A stretch of 63,568 nt of DNA, counting the filler, from Vannella sp. (taxonomy: Eukaryota), in the NCBI GenBank assembly GCA_023345925.1. It is 6 parts of 6 records of this genome, joined end to end, with 100 filler letters (N's around TTAATTAATTAA, not from the genome) between each part and the next. Parts side by side here need not be neighbours in the genome. Positions count along the whole stretch, not along the records: positions 27,712 to 34,704 come from JAJQQN010000755.1; positions 34,805 to 57,265 come from JAJQQN010000869.1; 4 more parts are not named here. The stretch is one strand, 5' to 3'. Positions 34,667-47,560 of the stretch are shown in pieces. Under the pieces are notes generated by a model. That model was not told the origin of the DNA, searched no databases, and worked only from the letters and a program-made list of their open reading frames with translations. A program made the position numbers and the translations under genes. Within the stretch, counting starts at the first letter, position 1, and every line of letters starts with the position of its first letter.

Positions 34667-34700
34667 TTTATTGGCTTGTTTCGAGTAATTTTACCCGAAT
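34667..34700 (-). repeat. Right (sub)terminal inverted repeat of transposon
   Basis: Reverse complement of the left repeat (27/34 identity); contig ends 4 nt later. Confidence 0.75.
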
Positions 34701-34704
34701 AAGC

Positions 34705-34804
34705 NNNNNNNNNNNNNNNNNNNNNNNNNNNNNNNNNNNNNNNNNNNNTTAATTAATTAANNNNNNNNNNNNNNNNNNNNNNNNNNNNNNNNNNNNNNNN
34801 NNNN
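34705..34804. other. Artificial contig spacer
   Basis: N44-TTAATTAATTAA-N44. Confidence 0.98.
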
Positions 34805-35235
34805 AAGACCTCTGCTCCTGGTACGTGAGGATCTCCCCACCCCATGAGAAGGGGTTGGGCTGACTTGGATCGCAGAGCGAGGCAGTTTCCCTCTTGATCA
34901 TGAGGCAGAGTGCCGAGAGCCTGTCAAAGCGTACATGATGTGCCTCCAAGAGCACTCCTACGTATCCCATGTCTGCGAGGACTTGAAGAAGCAGTACCTG
35001 ACTTGCCGGATGAAAGTGTACGTCCCTTTCGCATACTTTGGTCCACTCCAGCTACTTACAGTAGTGTAGAGGCTTGATGGCGCCAGAAGACATGAGCCAA
35101 CTCGGTATGCGAGACTATTCAAACCTAACAATCGCCAAGCGCAGCCGAGAAAAGGAGGAGAAAGGCTTTGTGGCTGGAGTCGCCCACGCAGAGGCTGTTT
35201 CCGAAGCCAAGAAGAGGCAAAAGGAGTCGAAGTAG
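34805..35235 (+). CDS. COX19: Cytochrome c oxidase assembly protein COX19 (5' partial; missed by ORF track)
   Basis: Spliced P|ERGSFPLDHEAECREPVKAYMMCL......VCEDLKKQYLTCRMK|GLM; twin CX9C motif. Confidence 0.88.
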
Positions 35236-35393
35236 CTCCCTATGCGTTAAAAACACTACTATACCAAGAAGAGTACCTTCTGTTGCCCTCGAAGGTTTCA
35301 CACAGGGAGAACAGACACAGGGAGTCTGTCCCCTTCCTCCGAGATCACGATGGTGATTGTTCTGGGTCAAAGTCTTTATCCCAGTTGATGGAA

Positions 35394-35737
35394 CTAGGCT
35401 TTCTTCCTTTGCTTGCTGATGTACAACACTGGGGACAGTCAGAGGGAAAAGGGAGGAGGGGAACGCGCTTACCGTTACTTCCGCGGATGAAAGTGTCTGC
35501 GTACTTGTTACAAAGCTTCCCGTTTTCGTACTCTTCTGTTTGCTCCATGGCAATGTTCATGTACCCATCCAGACCCGCCAAAACACCTGTCCCAATCATC
35601 CTGATCAGTACTCAAACCCAACAGACCATCCCTGGACCACCCTCACCCTGATAAGTGACCCCTGAGTTCAGCTTCACAACCACCGGCCGACCCAACAGCT
35701 GTCGAATGAACTCTGAAGAAGCATTGCTCGCCGCCAT
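35394..35737 (-). CDS. LSM6: U6 snRNA-associated Sm-like protein LSm6, 3 exons
   Basis: FIRQLLGRPVVVKLNSGVTYQG|VLAGLDGYMNIAMEQTEEY.NG...KYADTFIRGSN|VLYIS. Confidence 0.92.
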
Positions 35738-35914
35738 CCCCCAAGTTCCCAAGAATGACAAAATCAGATGGCTGATCGATTAATGTCAATAAAACTCACT
35801 TCAAGTTTGAAGCCACAAAACTGGGGGTGATTATGATGCGGTTATTAAGGCTCAAGTTTCGACCAATGAGAGCTCGATACTGCTGCTTCTTCGTTCAGTC
35901 TTCTTCTGCTGGCT

Positions 35915-37534
35915 ATGTTCGGCGTGTCCTTCCTGGTGCTGTTCGTAGTGCTGGGCATTAGCTTTATTCTGACAAAGAAGAAGAGCCCGTCTTCATCACC
36001 AAGGGGGCATCTGTTGGAGGAGAACTTGGTCAAGGAGGAAGACTCTGCTGATGTTGTCATCATTGGGGCAGGGATAGTCGGTGCAGCTTTGGCGCACTCT
36101 CTTGGAAACCAAGGGAAGAGAGTGGTTCTCATTGAAAGGGATATGACTGAGCCCAACCGCATTGTTGGGGAGCTGATGCAACCCGGCGGCGTCGCTCACA
36201 TCAAATCTCTTGGTCTTGAGGGTAAAGAACACCGCTCCAAGGACCAAACCAGGTACTAATAGGCAGCAGAATGCTTCGAGGGCATCGACTCCCCTCATGT
36301 GTACGGTTATGCGGTATTCAATGGAACAGACAAGACCAACGTCGAACTTACCTATCCCAACAACAAGGATGGCAGTGCTCCCTTCGGGAGGTCATTCCAC
36401 CATGGTCGGTTTGTTATGAGGCTTCGAGAAGCCGCAACCAAAGCTCCCAACGTGACGATCGTCACTGGAACTGTCAACCATCTTATCGAGGAGGACAAGT
36501 GCATCCGCGGGGTCTCCTACAAAGTCAACGGATGCGAGAAAAAGATGAAGGCTCCTCTTGTGGTGGTATCAGACGGAGTGTTCTCCAAGTTTAGGAAAGA
36601 TATTGTGACAAACAAGCCGGTCGTCAACAGCTCCTTCGTTGGGTTTGTCGTATCTGTCCAAGTGAGTGCCCTCTCATGAACGTACGGGAATGAGCCCAGT
36701 CTAATCATTGGGAAGCTCCCCTACGAGAACAAGGGACATGTATTCCTGGCTGATGGCCTCACAACTCTCTGCTATCCCATCTCCTCCACAGAAGCACGCT
36801 TCCTTGTAGATGTGCCCAACCCCCTTCCTTCTTCTGCAAATGGAGAACTTGCTCGCTTCCTGGAAGCTGAGGTGGCACCAGGGCTTCCCTCTCCGATCAA
36901 GGAGGCCGTGATCAAGTGAGTAGAGCCAGAGGCTTCCCTCTTCATTCTCACCAAGGCCTTTAGGGAGTTACAAACAGGCCAGATCAGATCAATGCCATGC
37001 AGTCGGATGCATCCTGAGTATTACAACAAGCCTGGTGCTCTCCTCTTGGGCGACGCCTGGAACATCCGCCACCCAATCACCGGTGGAGGCATGACAGTAG
37101 CACTCTCTGATGTCGTTCTCCTGACTGAACTCCTCAAACCTCTTGACTTCAAGTCCCAGGAAGAGATCCACAACGTCATCCGCAACCAGTTCTTCCAACA
37201 GCGGATAGCGCGAGTGGCAGCAACTAACATGCTTGCTGAAGCCATCTATCGCGTGTTTGCTGGTCAAGGATGCATGAAAGCCATGCAGCAAGCTATTTAC
37301 TCGTACTTTAAGCGAGGCCCTTCCGCCACAACAACGCCTGTAGCCTTATTAGGCTGTCTGGAGACGAGTCCGTGGCTTCTGATGTACCATTTCTTCTTCG
37401 TGGCGGTCTATGGATCATTCCAAATCATCAAACAGTCCCCTCTCGCCTTCATCACAGCTGCCAAGGTGATCGGCACAGCGGCCTCCTTTTTCCTTCCCAT
37501 GCTCTGGTACGAGCACGTGCTCCCCTTGGCCTAA
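35915..37534 (+). CDS. SQLE: Squalene monooxygenase (epoxidase), multi-exon
   Basis: N-terminal TM helix; DVVIIGAGIVG, ERDMTEPNRIVGELMQPGG, GRSFHHGRFV, LGDAWNIRHPITGGGMTVA, HFFFVAVY. Confidence 0.93.
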
Positions 37535-37607
37535 TCCTCCTCCTCCTCCTTTTTCCTTCCCATGCTATGGTACGAGCACGTGCTCCCCATGGCCTAATCC
37601 TCCTCCT
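37482..37607 (+). repeat. 63-bp tandem duplication spanning the SQLE stop codon
   Basis: Units 37482-37544 and 37545-37607 differ at two positions. Confidence 0.9.
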
Positions 37608-37706
37608 TGTAACAAATAAGATCCCAAACTTCCCCTTTCTGTGACGTCACCAGTCCTACAGAGAGCAGTCTCCGGGCTATCCGAAAGGGTTTATGGAAGA
37701 TTCCTC

Positions 37707-39715
37707 TCAAATGTCCAAAAGATCTTCGTCGTCGTCATCTTCGTTGCCTTCTCCGTCGTTGTCAGCCACAAAATCAGCGTTAAAGTCAAAGGCTTCTGAG
37801 ACAAAGCCCTTCTTCTTCTCCTTCTTCTTCTGCTTCTTCAGGTCCTTTGCACGCAATCGGTTGACTTGAAGGTTCAGATCATCATCTGCCCGAATGGGGT
37901 TCTTCACGTGTGGTACGGAGTCCCCAGCATCTTCAAACTCAGCCTCGTCAGAAACCTCTGCGTCCATCTCATCGAAGTCCTCGTCATCCTCTTCGTCGTC
38001 GTCCTCGTCTTCCTCATCCCCATCGTCCATGGCTTCGTACTCGCCTTCATCATCTCCCAAAGAGAGGGAGTTCAGGAACATGCTATCGAGTGTCTCTTCG
38101 TCCTCGTTGATGATCTCCACCAGGTCGTTGGCAGGAACCGAGTCAATCGAGGGGAGAACCATGACAGAACTGTTATCTGCCTCAGCCAGCAATGCGTCGA
38201 TGTCAAACTCCTTGCCAAACGTGCTGACCACAGCAGCGGTGACGTAAGGGTTGTACCCCTTTGCCTCTGCGGGTGGTACGGTGTAGTAAGAGATTCCACC
38301 GTTGTTCCAGTCCTGAAGAACGATACGAGCAGCGTCTTGGTAATCTGGGATTCCTCCCTTAAGGAGCTTTCCTCGTCGACGCGCAACGTGGCTAAGGAAC
38401 TCCTGCGCAGAAGTGAACTCGGCGATCCGATACCGGATCATCAGCTTCTCTGGGTTGCACTTGCGAAGAATAGCCTCCACTGCGCCACGGGCTATTAGTC
38501 ATGCAATCGAGAGAGGTGGAGACTGTGAACAGACCTGGTGGGATGGGATCGAGAATCTTCTCAACCTTGACGCAGTTGCGAAGGATGATGTCTCCTGCAT
38601 TCTTGTCGCCTCCAGAGGCAAAGACGATACCAGGGCAATCCAGAAGGCGCACCTTCTTGTCAAGGTGGACTTCTTGCATCACCTTGGTGAAGCCAGGTGT
38701 TGATCCAACGCCCACCACCTTTGATCGGTTCAGACTGTTGATCAGACTGCTCTTTCCCACATTGGGGTAGCCGATGATGCCCACAGTGATGCTGGTCTTG
38801 ATATCCTGACTCCTAGAGTAGTTCTTCAACAACTGGAGAAGAGTGGAAGCTCCTAGACACTCTGTCGTGTTCAGAAGCGAGTTGGAGGCCTTTCCTGTTG
38901 ATACAGAAGACTGAGCCAAGTGGTGGCGTTGATTCTGTGTAGAGCATTTGAATGCAATGGTAGGGAACTCCTGGCGGAAGTACTTCAACCACGCTTGGAC
39001 CACTTCCCGAGGAACGAGATCTGCAAGAAGAGTGTCAGAGAGTGATCACCCTCGCTCAGTGGCTCCTTACCGATCTTATTGAGGACGAGAATGATCTTCT
39101 TATCACCTTGTGCTGTGATCATTGACTCCACTGCACGAGCACGGCATCCCATGGGATCACGGGCATCGAGGACCTCAAGGATCACATCAGACGCTTCCAC
39201 GACCTTACGGAACTCTTTGTAGTATTGTCTCTTCGATTGCTCAGGTAGATCTTGGAAGTTGACGTCTCGAGCATCCTCCAAAGCGATCACCTTCACATCA
39301 AACTCCTTTTGCCTCTGTCGCGCGCTGCTTGCCAGCTACCCTTGTTTGTTAGGGTAAATAATCAAGGGGAGGGTGAGGAGGACGTACCTCAGCAAGAGAG
39401 GAAGCCTTCTCCTGGTTCTTCTTCCGGACCTCCTTCATCTCTTGATGCTTCTCTTCCGCACGCTCTTTCTGCGCTTGAATCTTGGCGAGCATTTGTTCTT
39501 TGAAGGGCCATAAGTTGGGGATACCAGGATCCTTCTTCTTCCCCTTTTGAGGGTTCAATCGAGCATCCTTTTGGACTTGCCGTTTGTGTTCCCGAACTTT
39601 GCGTTCCACTTTGTACTTCTTATGCAGAGACTGTCGCTTGCTCTTCTTCTCTATGATCACCACTGTAAGCACATAGCTCCTGATCAAACAAGCAACGCGC
39701 ACTTTGAACCTTCAT
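37707..39715 (-). CDS. GNL3: Nucleostemin/Grn1/Nug1 circularly permuted GTPase, multi-exon
   Basis: [44 protein letters not shown], acidic C-tail. Confidence 0.92.
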
Positions 39716-40162
39716 GCCCTCCCTCAAGGATCAGAGGGAAAAGAATCAACAATATCATGCATTTCCCGTCAATGGCCTAAATTTATTTTTTCAACCAATA
39801 GTATTACAATCGGCAATGCAGATCTCTCAACTCAAAGATGTGGTCTTTCATGTCTGATGTCCGAGCACCTCGACGTGGAGTCACCCAAGATATAGATTTA
39901 TACTCAAGATCTCTTGAACGATCAGACCTGAACTGTGGTGGTCGTTCCACTCAAATTTGCGGTGCGAATCGGCGAGCGGCCGGCTGAAGACTTTTATAAC
40001 CTTGATGTTGAAATGTGTTGAAAAATAAATTTGTACCATCAGTGTTACTCTCCCTCAGTGAAGGAGTCATAAAATAGAGCAGTTAGCTGAAGAGCGCCGA
40101 AATTTTGGTACAAAAGCCAAAGTTTCCGTTGGTCCTCATTCCACATCTCCTTGAACAGCTCG

Positions 40163-40732
40163 ATGACCGAGTACAAGCTTGTTATTGTTGGTGGTGGAGG
40201 CGTTGGAAAGTCTGCGCTCACCATTCAACTCATCCAAAACCACTTCATTGACGAGTACGATCCCACCATCGAGGACTCCTACCGCAAGCAGGTCACCATC
40301 GACGATGAGACCTGCCTGCTCGATATTCTGGATACTGCTGGTCAGGAGGAGTACTCTGCTATGCGAGACCAATACATGAGAACCGGCCAAGGCTTCCTCT
40401 GCACCTACGCCATCACCTCCCGCAGCTCTTTCGACGAAATCACCTCCTTCCGTGAGCAGATCCTCCGAGTCAAGGACGAGGACAAGGTTCCTATGGTTCT
40501 TGTTGGAAACAAGTGCGATTTGGAGGAGGAGCGACAGGTTACTGCTGTTGAAGGTCAAGACCTCGCCAAATCTTTCGGTTGCCCCATCTACGAGACTTCC
40601 GCCAAGGCCCGTATCAATGTCGAGGAGGCTTTCTACGAGTTGGTTCGCGAGATTCGCAAGGACAACCAATCCAAGAACGGCGGACCCGTTGGCGGAAAGA
40701 AGAAGAAGAAGGGAGGCTGCGCCTTGTTGTAA
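40163..40732 (+). CDS. ras: Ras GTPase (amoebozoan RasG-like), intronless
   Basis: [43 protein letters not shown], polybasic stretch plus CALL CaaX box. Confidence 0.97.
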   Translation: MTEYKLVIVGGGGVGKSALTIQLIQNHFIDEYDPTIEDSYRKQVTIDDETCLLDILDTAGQEEYSAMRDQYMRTGQGFLCTYAITSRSSFDEITSFREQILRVKDEDKVPMVLVGNKCDLEEERQVTAVEGQDLAKSFGCPIYETSAKARINVEEAFYELVREIRKDNQSKNGGPVGGKKKKKGGCALL

Positions 40733-40865
40733 GCTTCAGCGCCACTTCCTCTGTACCCTAAGCATTGCTACTGCAAACCTAAAATTCGTATCTTTATTCT
40801 CACAATTGACCAAACTGTCTCCCTATGAGCAACCGTCTCCTGTTGAGGGAAAGGAAAGGATCTAT

Positions 40866-43800
40866 TTACTGACAGAATGTGGGGCAGATGACCATGCCAT
40901 GGGAGCCATTGCGTGCGGAGGTTACGAGAAGGAACATGAGGGTCTCATCTGGAGAGAGCGCGACGCATGAGATCTGCCCTCCCATGTCGACATGCTCGGT
41001 GCAAAGGAGGTCATGACAGCGCCACATCGCTAACCGACTACCAGCTGTGAGGAAGCTCTTACCATCCGCAGTCACAAAGATGGTCAAAATGGTCCCAATC
41101 GAAGCAGTGTTGGCCGAGGAGAGGAATCGTCCGTTCACATCCAACACGACGAGCATGGAGTTCGCTCTTGAGTAGGCCAGAACTCGTGCAGTAACGTGAC
41201 ATATGGCAATGATATCAGCTCCATTGGCAAAGGCCCTGGCACACTCCTCTGGTAACTCAACTTGCCTCTCATATTCGCCCTTTTTGAGGGAATGGAAGAT
41301 GATCCGGTCCTGAGAGGAGCTCACAACAAGATCAAGGTTCTCACTAGCATCAAGAGAAACGATCTCTGTCTCGTGACCGCGAAGAACTCGAGTGGGTTGC
41401 CTCTTCTTGGCCTCTCCTGAGTAGGAGTTGCCGACTTGGAGATCCCACACAATGACGAGGTTGTCAGCAGAGCCACTAACTAAGTAGTTGCCCCCTTTAG
41501 ACAGCGTGGCACAGGTGACTCGCTTCCGGTGTCCCGTGAAGACGGACACACAGGCAAACGGTGAGCGGATTTGAGTGCAGCGCATCGTGTTGTTCCAGTA
41601 ACCAAAGGAATACAACAGCTTACTGTCATGGTCAGCCACAAAGGACGACTTGACAGTGCTTCGAGGAGCATTGAGGATACAGATGGAGCTGGTGGAGCTG
41701 AAACGCGCATCCGGTGACCATTTGAAGGGTTTCCCGTTCGCTGGGGGAGTGTAACGGTATGTGATACACTGTCCTTGCCGTGAAAGTAAGAGGATCTTCT
41801 GGTCACTGCATGAGACGTGCACAGGTTCCATGCGAATGTCGGGGATGGTGTCGATTGGGTTGAGAAGTCCTGGTGATTGGAAGATACTCCGAGGAGGGTA
41901 AGTGACTGGGTCATTACGGGGAGGGTGTGGCCTCTTAAAGATCTGCTTTGGCGTCTGTCCAAACGAGATAATCTGCTCGATTGTTGCATTGCGAAGGACA
42001 GGGTCCTCAATGGCATCGATATTAACGGCTCCTTCGTACGTCAGATGATAGAAGACGTTGTTGGCATTGTGTGCTTCAATGCCACGTTGCTTATATCCAA
42101 AGATGAGGTCAATCCAGCAATGGAGTCCCGCAGAAACGACATCAGACTCCAACGCATCCCGGTGGATTCGCACAAAGTCCTCCGCAGTCTTGGCCCAAGG
42201 AGGGAGTTTGACGTCACTAATAGGTTCCTTGGCGCCCTGTCGCTTTCCCAGGTCAAGTTGGTTCTCATTGCGGAGGAAATTAGGATTGTAGAAGAACTCA
42301 GGAGTCAGTTCCTTGACGTCCTGAGAGAGACAATAGGAGTTGTTCCACGCTGTGGCAATGGAATCGAACATCCGGTCTGCGTGGTCAAAGCGTCCTTGTA
42401 GTTGCAGGTATTGCTTCGTGAATGGCTCCATTCGGAGCAGGTAGGAGAGTACTACAAGGGCTGTCGAGTAGTGAGACCCGTACAGGAAGGGGGGCATGAA
42501 AGGGTCATCCTCTGGCATGTCATTATATCGTTCCAAGTACTCATCAAGTCTCTTCGGGTTCAGTGCGCCAACGGGTTTGCTTAAGTTACGGTAAATAGCG
42601 GGATTCTTCAGATCAAGAGTGGGCGAGGTGTAGTCCACCAAGATCCAAGGGAAGACGGGATATTGTGACAAGTCATTGTAAGTTCGCCCCGCCTCCGCAT
42701 TGAGTTCCATAAGATACTCAAAATTGGAGATTTTGCGTTGTTGCCAAAGGGTGGTCGAGTCCACCTTACCCGCAATCATATCTGTGATGACTTGGACTCC
42801 CCTTGCTGGCAATTTCTTGCTCAACTTGGCCAGTTTGTTGAGGAGAGAATGTACCTTTTCTCGGTCTTTCCCTTTCAAGTCAAATAGGAAGCTGAGATTG
42901 TCTTTTGTAAAGATCTCTAACGCTGTGTTGCGGAGGAGATAACGGCGCTTCTTGACTGAAGTGATGGAGCGAATGGCCCAGCGAGCGCTTTTAACCTCGT
43001 CTGTGTCGGACTGGGAGTCTATAGTGTCCGAAGTGAAGTGTAATTCATGTTTGGTGATGTCTAGAGAGCCTGAGCGGGCTTCTTGGGACGAGATGAGGTC
43101 GCAGGGAATGGTCAAAAGGATCTCTTGGGTCTGGAAGTTCTTGGTATCGACCATGCACCATTCATCCCCTTCCCCTTCCGGCTCTATCTCTGCCACATTA
43201 GCTTCTGGGTCTTCAATAGGAGCTTCATCCTCAAAGGATTGGTCTGCAGGGTTCGATACTGCATGCAGTAGGTTAGCGCTGAGCGTACGAGGAGGTGCGT
43301 TATCGTTCTCTTCTGCTCTCTCGCGTTCCTCTTGGTCTCGAATGAAACTTAAAGAGTATTCTCTATAGTGGGAGCCATTGTAATTACGAATCATCTTCCA
43401 TCGTCGTCGTAAGGGGTCTTCTGTTGGGTTTAACTTCCAGAATTTGTGTGCGACAGTACTTCCCATGTTCCCAGGGAAGAATGGATACTGCTCATGATGG
43501 AAAAGGATCTGCTCCGCTTTGGAACAGTCTGAGACAACCGCAATCTGGCGCTCAGCTTCATGGTAAAGCCAGGAAGCATGGCGAAGATCAATCTTCGAGA
43601 GGTTGTGAAGGAAGGATTGAATCGTTCCTCCCACTTTGCGTTCGTCATCTCCTGGGCAGAAGGTTGAATCAGCTTGCATGCGGGTGGCAAGAATCTCTCG
43701 CCGTAAGCGGCGACTCTCAATCCAAGCGATGAATTCGTTATACTTCTCTTGGCACTCTTCCATTACCTGCTTGGACCTCATCTCTAACTGATAGGATTGC

Positions 43801-46800
43801 TTCATTCCTTGGAAGTAAGACAGGAAGGCAGCCGGTGGGCATTGTGCCACGAGCCCTTGAAGGTTATATTCTGGGAATGGACATCCCAGAAGCTCGACCA
43901 TATTATCCTCAAACAGTGAAATGAGTTGCTGGAATAAGCGGATGAGGCTGGGAGGCAAAGTACCACCAGATGCTGCCTGCGAGACAGCTTCCTTTAGGTG
44001 TCCCAGAACCCAAATTACCCAGGAGATGTTCATTTCATCGGCCATAAGGAGGCAGATAACCTCTTTGATTCGAGCGGTGATGACTTCCATGAAAGCATCG
44101 TGTCCAATAGATTCGGGAAGAACACTGGGCGCAGGAACAAATTCAAAGTCTCCATCCTCTTCATCACTGTCCATGTCAAACCGTAAAAGGTCGCCCTTAG
44201 CCTTAGGTACAGCTGGCCTTGAAGGAGAGTCAGGAACAGTGATAGCGACACTACTAAAACTCTCAAGTGGGACAAAGTGGAAGTTATTCAGGCATTGGAT
44301 CATAAGATGGAGAAGAATAAGCCGCACATCACGTTCCAATTGGTATTTGACCTCTATCAGCACATTCTCAGAGGGGAGACAGCTCAAGAACGCATCTGAG
44401 ATATCCAAGAGACGTTGGGCATATCCTAAATCGAGCCAATTATTATCTGAATCAAGGCGAAGAGTTACAACAGGTCGCCTGTCCGCTGCACTCTCAAAGT
44501 CCTTGCCAGTTGGAGGGAAGAAGAGGAACTCCTCAAAAAGAATAAAAAGATAGCCCAGATTAGTGAGAACATTGAGTTGGGCTTGAGGTTGCTCGTTCTT
44601 GACTTCTGCGGCAACAGCTTCGCAAGAAACGAGAAGTTGTTGGTGGAAGAATGAGGAGAAGCTTGGTTCTGTGGAGATGAGCGCGAAAGAAGCGGTCTTT
44701 TCCACGAGCTTCCAACCATCCTTGTGATAAAGAGAATACTGGAATAGGCGGTCATACATCAGAAGGGAGATCCCTTGAAGAGACGGCGAGTTCTCGAAGA
44801 TTCCCGTGACTGCTAAGGTTTCTAGCCAACCCGCAAAGCCGGCATTGCGGGCCAAGGCGTACACATTACCATCTAATTGCATGAACGGCAGAACTAGCTG
44901 TCGTAGTACAAGATCTCGTACACTTACTGGGCACACCTGGACAAGTGCGAAGAGAGTAGCAAGGAAACGACGCTCGGCGCACTTCCTTTTGGCGATCCCT
45001 GTACAGTTTTCCAATGATTTTGAGTTGTAGAGAGAGTCAGTGATATTTCCTGTGATCACCTCAAAGAGAGATAAGAAGGTAGGAGGCCCACAGGTGCTCG
45101 GGTCGTGCAAAAGAAGCTGCCCCAAGATGTAATCAAAGATTCCATCATCAGTAGGGAGGTTAAGGTTCTTCCACAAGCGCCGATTCCCCGTTGAAATGAG
45201 AACACCAAGCACCCGAAGAGCAAGAGACCGTATTTGCTCATTATCTTTGGTCAGTAAATGGAGGAAAGCATACGCACATCCCTCCTTCTCAAAGTAAGAG
45301 AGAATGACGGGAGAGTACTTTGAATACACGAGAAGCTGTAAAATCATATGTAAGACATCTTCTTGATACAAATCGCGTGGGAACAGCAAAAGAGACATGA
45401 CAGCGGCAATATCCTCTTCCTGGACATCATGAATCACCATGGTTTTGATCATATTGAGAATATTTCGGCGAAGGTCGAGCACCTCCGTAGCAGCAAACCT
45501 CCTAAACGGAAGACTCCCACGTTGGGGCAGTAGTTGCTGAACTTTTGGGGCTATTTCATCGAGAAGTCCAGCGTTGGATTGGTTCAAAACCCAAAAGTAA
45601 GCTTTGAAGATATCCAGTAAGTGAGATACTCCAATGACTTCCCGGTAAAGGCTCGTGTGTTTCGTGACTTCTTGATGCAAACTGACTAAATAATGGACCG
45701 TAAACTGATACGAACCGGTGCACCAAAGGGAAAAGTCAAATAGGAAGTCTTTGGCGAGATCTTTGAGGATGGGAGTCTTAAAGCAGACCTTAAGTAGCTC
45801 CAGGGATCCATAGACTACAGGATTGGAGAGGTTGAAGGGCGCACTTCGCTTCATGAGCGCGTGGATCTTCGAAAAGCCGGTTGTTTGGTTCATTTCGCGT
45901 TGTAAGAGACCATTTCCTTGTAGCAGCTCCGCCACGAAAGTGAGCAAGGCTCCTGTATGATGCCCAAGGTGAGCTTGAACCTCTACATCAGTCTCCAACG
46001 AAGCCAGAAGCTGCGGATTGCTGTGGACGAAGGGAATCTCAAAGAGTGTGAGGATTAGATCGATGCCACCTGCTGTGAAGAAGCTCTCTCGTAAAGGACG
46101 TCCACCAATGGCCAATGTGCCTTCGCACAGAGACCCATTCAAGAAGACAGCCCCTCCCTGTGGACGTGCCAAGCTCTCCACGTTGATGTCGTAGGCATAG
46201 CGACCATCACAAGCTAGGGGGGAATACGCAAAGACAAGGGGCTTCTGCACGTCCTTGGGAAAGACGGCAACGGCAGGATCAGCCCGGAAGAGGATCTCCA
46301 CTTCCTCTGCCTTCAAGGAATCGCGGAAGAGCTGCACGTTGCCCATCTGACCACAGAAGGAAGCTGCAGTAGGGTTAGGAGAGTGCAAGTTGCTACCCAG
46401 GTAACAGTAGTCGAAGGGCTGCGCCCCAAACTTAGGGAACTTGACGCCAGACTTCTGGCAAACGAGCACTCCGTTGACGTAGAGGAGAAGGCAGCTATCT
46501 CCAATGAGTCGGGGAACTACATGACACACGCAGATATGGTACCAGCGCTGCGGTAGCAGCTGGTAGTTGAGAACTGTGTTGGTGGAGGAGGAGGACCACG
46601 GCGTCCAGCCGGTCTTGCCAGCCACATCTACGACTAGAACTGCTCCATCCTGTGCCCGGGGTCCAGATGCAAGAAAGTAGCCCTCCAGATGCTCCTTCTG
46701 ATCGGAGGAGAACGAGAAAAGGCGGGGTCGGTATCCACTCGGGTTGGCAGGATCGAGGAAAGTCTCCGCACGGAACCAGCAGGCGAATGAGAAGGAGTGA

Positions 46801-47460
46801 AAGTTCATGGCTATCTTAGTAACAGTGATGGCAGACTTCTTGTGGAGGCCATCAAAGTCGAAGAAGGCTGCAGGGCGGATGAGACGCTTTCCCTGCTCTC
46901 CTCCTGCCCCCTCTGTCGCTTGTTGCAGCGCCTGAACCATAGAGAAGTACCTCGAAGTAGGCAGCATAGCGTCCCCATCCATAGAAGCAATGTGCGCCAT
47001 CACACGAAAGTAACACTTGAGCTGGCGCCCGTCAAGATGGTAAGACGCAAGCATTCGCACCAAACTAAGGAGCGCATTGAATAGTGGCAAGCTGTTTGTA
47101 CCTCTTAGCAAACCGAGGAGGGCACGAACCAAGTTGACGTCCCTCTCGCTGCTCAGGAACTTCCCGTTGTACGGAGAGCGGGACACGACTGTTTGCAGGT
47201 TCTGAAGAAGAAGGACCTTATCAGGCTCTGAGAGTGTGGGCCATAGCACTTGGAAGATCTCAGGAATGAGGTTCATATCAACAATGCGGACAACTTCCAA
47301 CGGCGAGCTTGGATCAAAGGCGCTGTCCACCAACTGCGCCTCCTGTCAGCCCGAGCTTGGCCCGAACACCCCATCCACTCACCATATCCAACGATTGCCT
47401 TATCGCATCTCGAGGTGCGACACCGCGACCAAGCAGCAGTTGCAGCCGCGACGAGGCCAT
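40866..47460 (-). CDS. BEACH-domain protein (neurobeachin/NBEAL/Lvs type): ConA-like, PH, BEACH, WD40; intron 47343-47382
   Basis: RRYLLRNTALEIF, ISNFEYLMELN..AGRTYNDLSQYPVFPW, YGSHYS, DVKELTPEFFY, WIDLIFGYKQRG, FGQTPKQIF, GH..WD repeats. Confidence 0.95.
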
Positions 47461-47560
47461 CAGAAAACTGCTTCCCAGAAACGACCAATCACAATCCAGT
47501 ATTTGGCATTTAAGCGGTTCCAATTGGTCAATTCTAATCATTTTTTCTTGGGCGGCTGCC

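Larger units (their letters stand above)
32661..34704. mobile_element. PIF/Harbinger (IS5/ISL2EU-related) DNA transposon with two divergent genes; right end reaches contig end
   Basis: DDE_Tnp_4-type transposase plus Myb-like partner gene, bounded by imperfect inverted repeats 32681-32714 and 34667-34700. Exact termini are inferred. Confidence 0.82.

Noticed and set aside
32661..34704. Fanzor/TnpB RNA-guided nuclease in the transposon
   Set aside because: No RuvC (D..E..D) or zinc-finger motifs are visible in either ORF, and no room remains for another gene.
40136..40669. Long antisense ORF over Ras (also antisense ORFs at 21594-22325, 37866-38498, 16670-17338, 9257-9829)
   Set aside because: Shadow ORFs arising from codon bias of the sense genes; no recognisable motifs.
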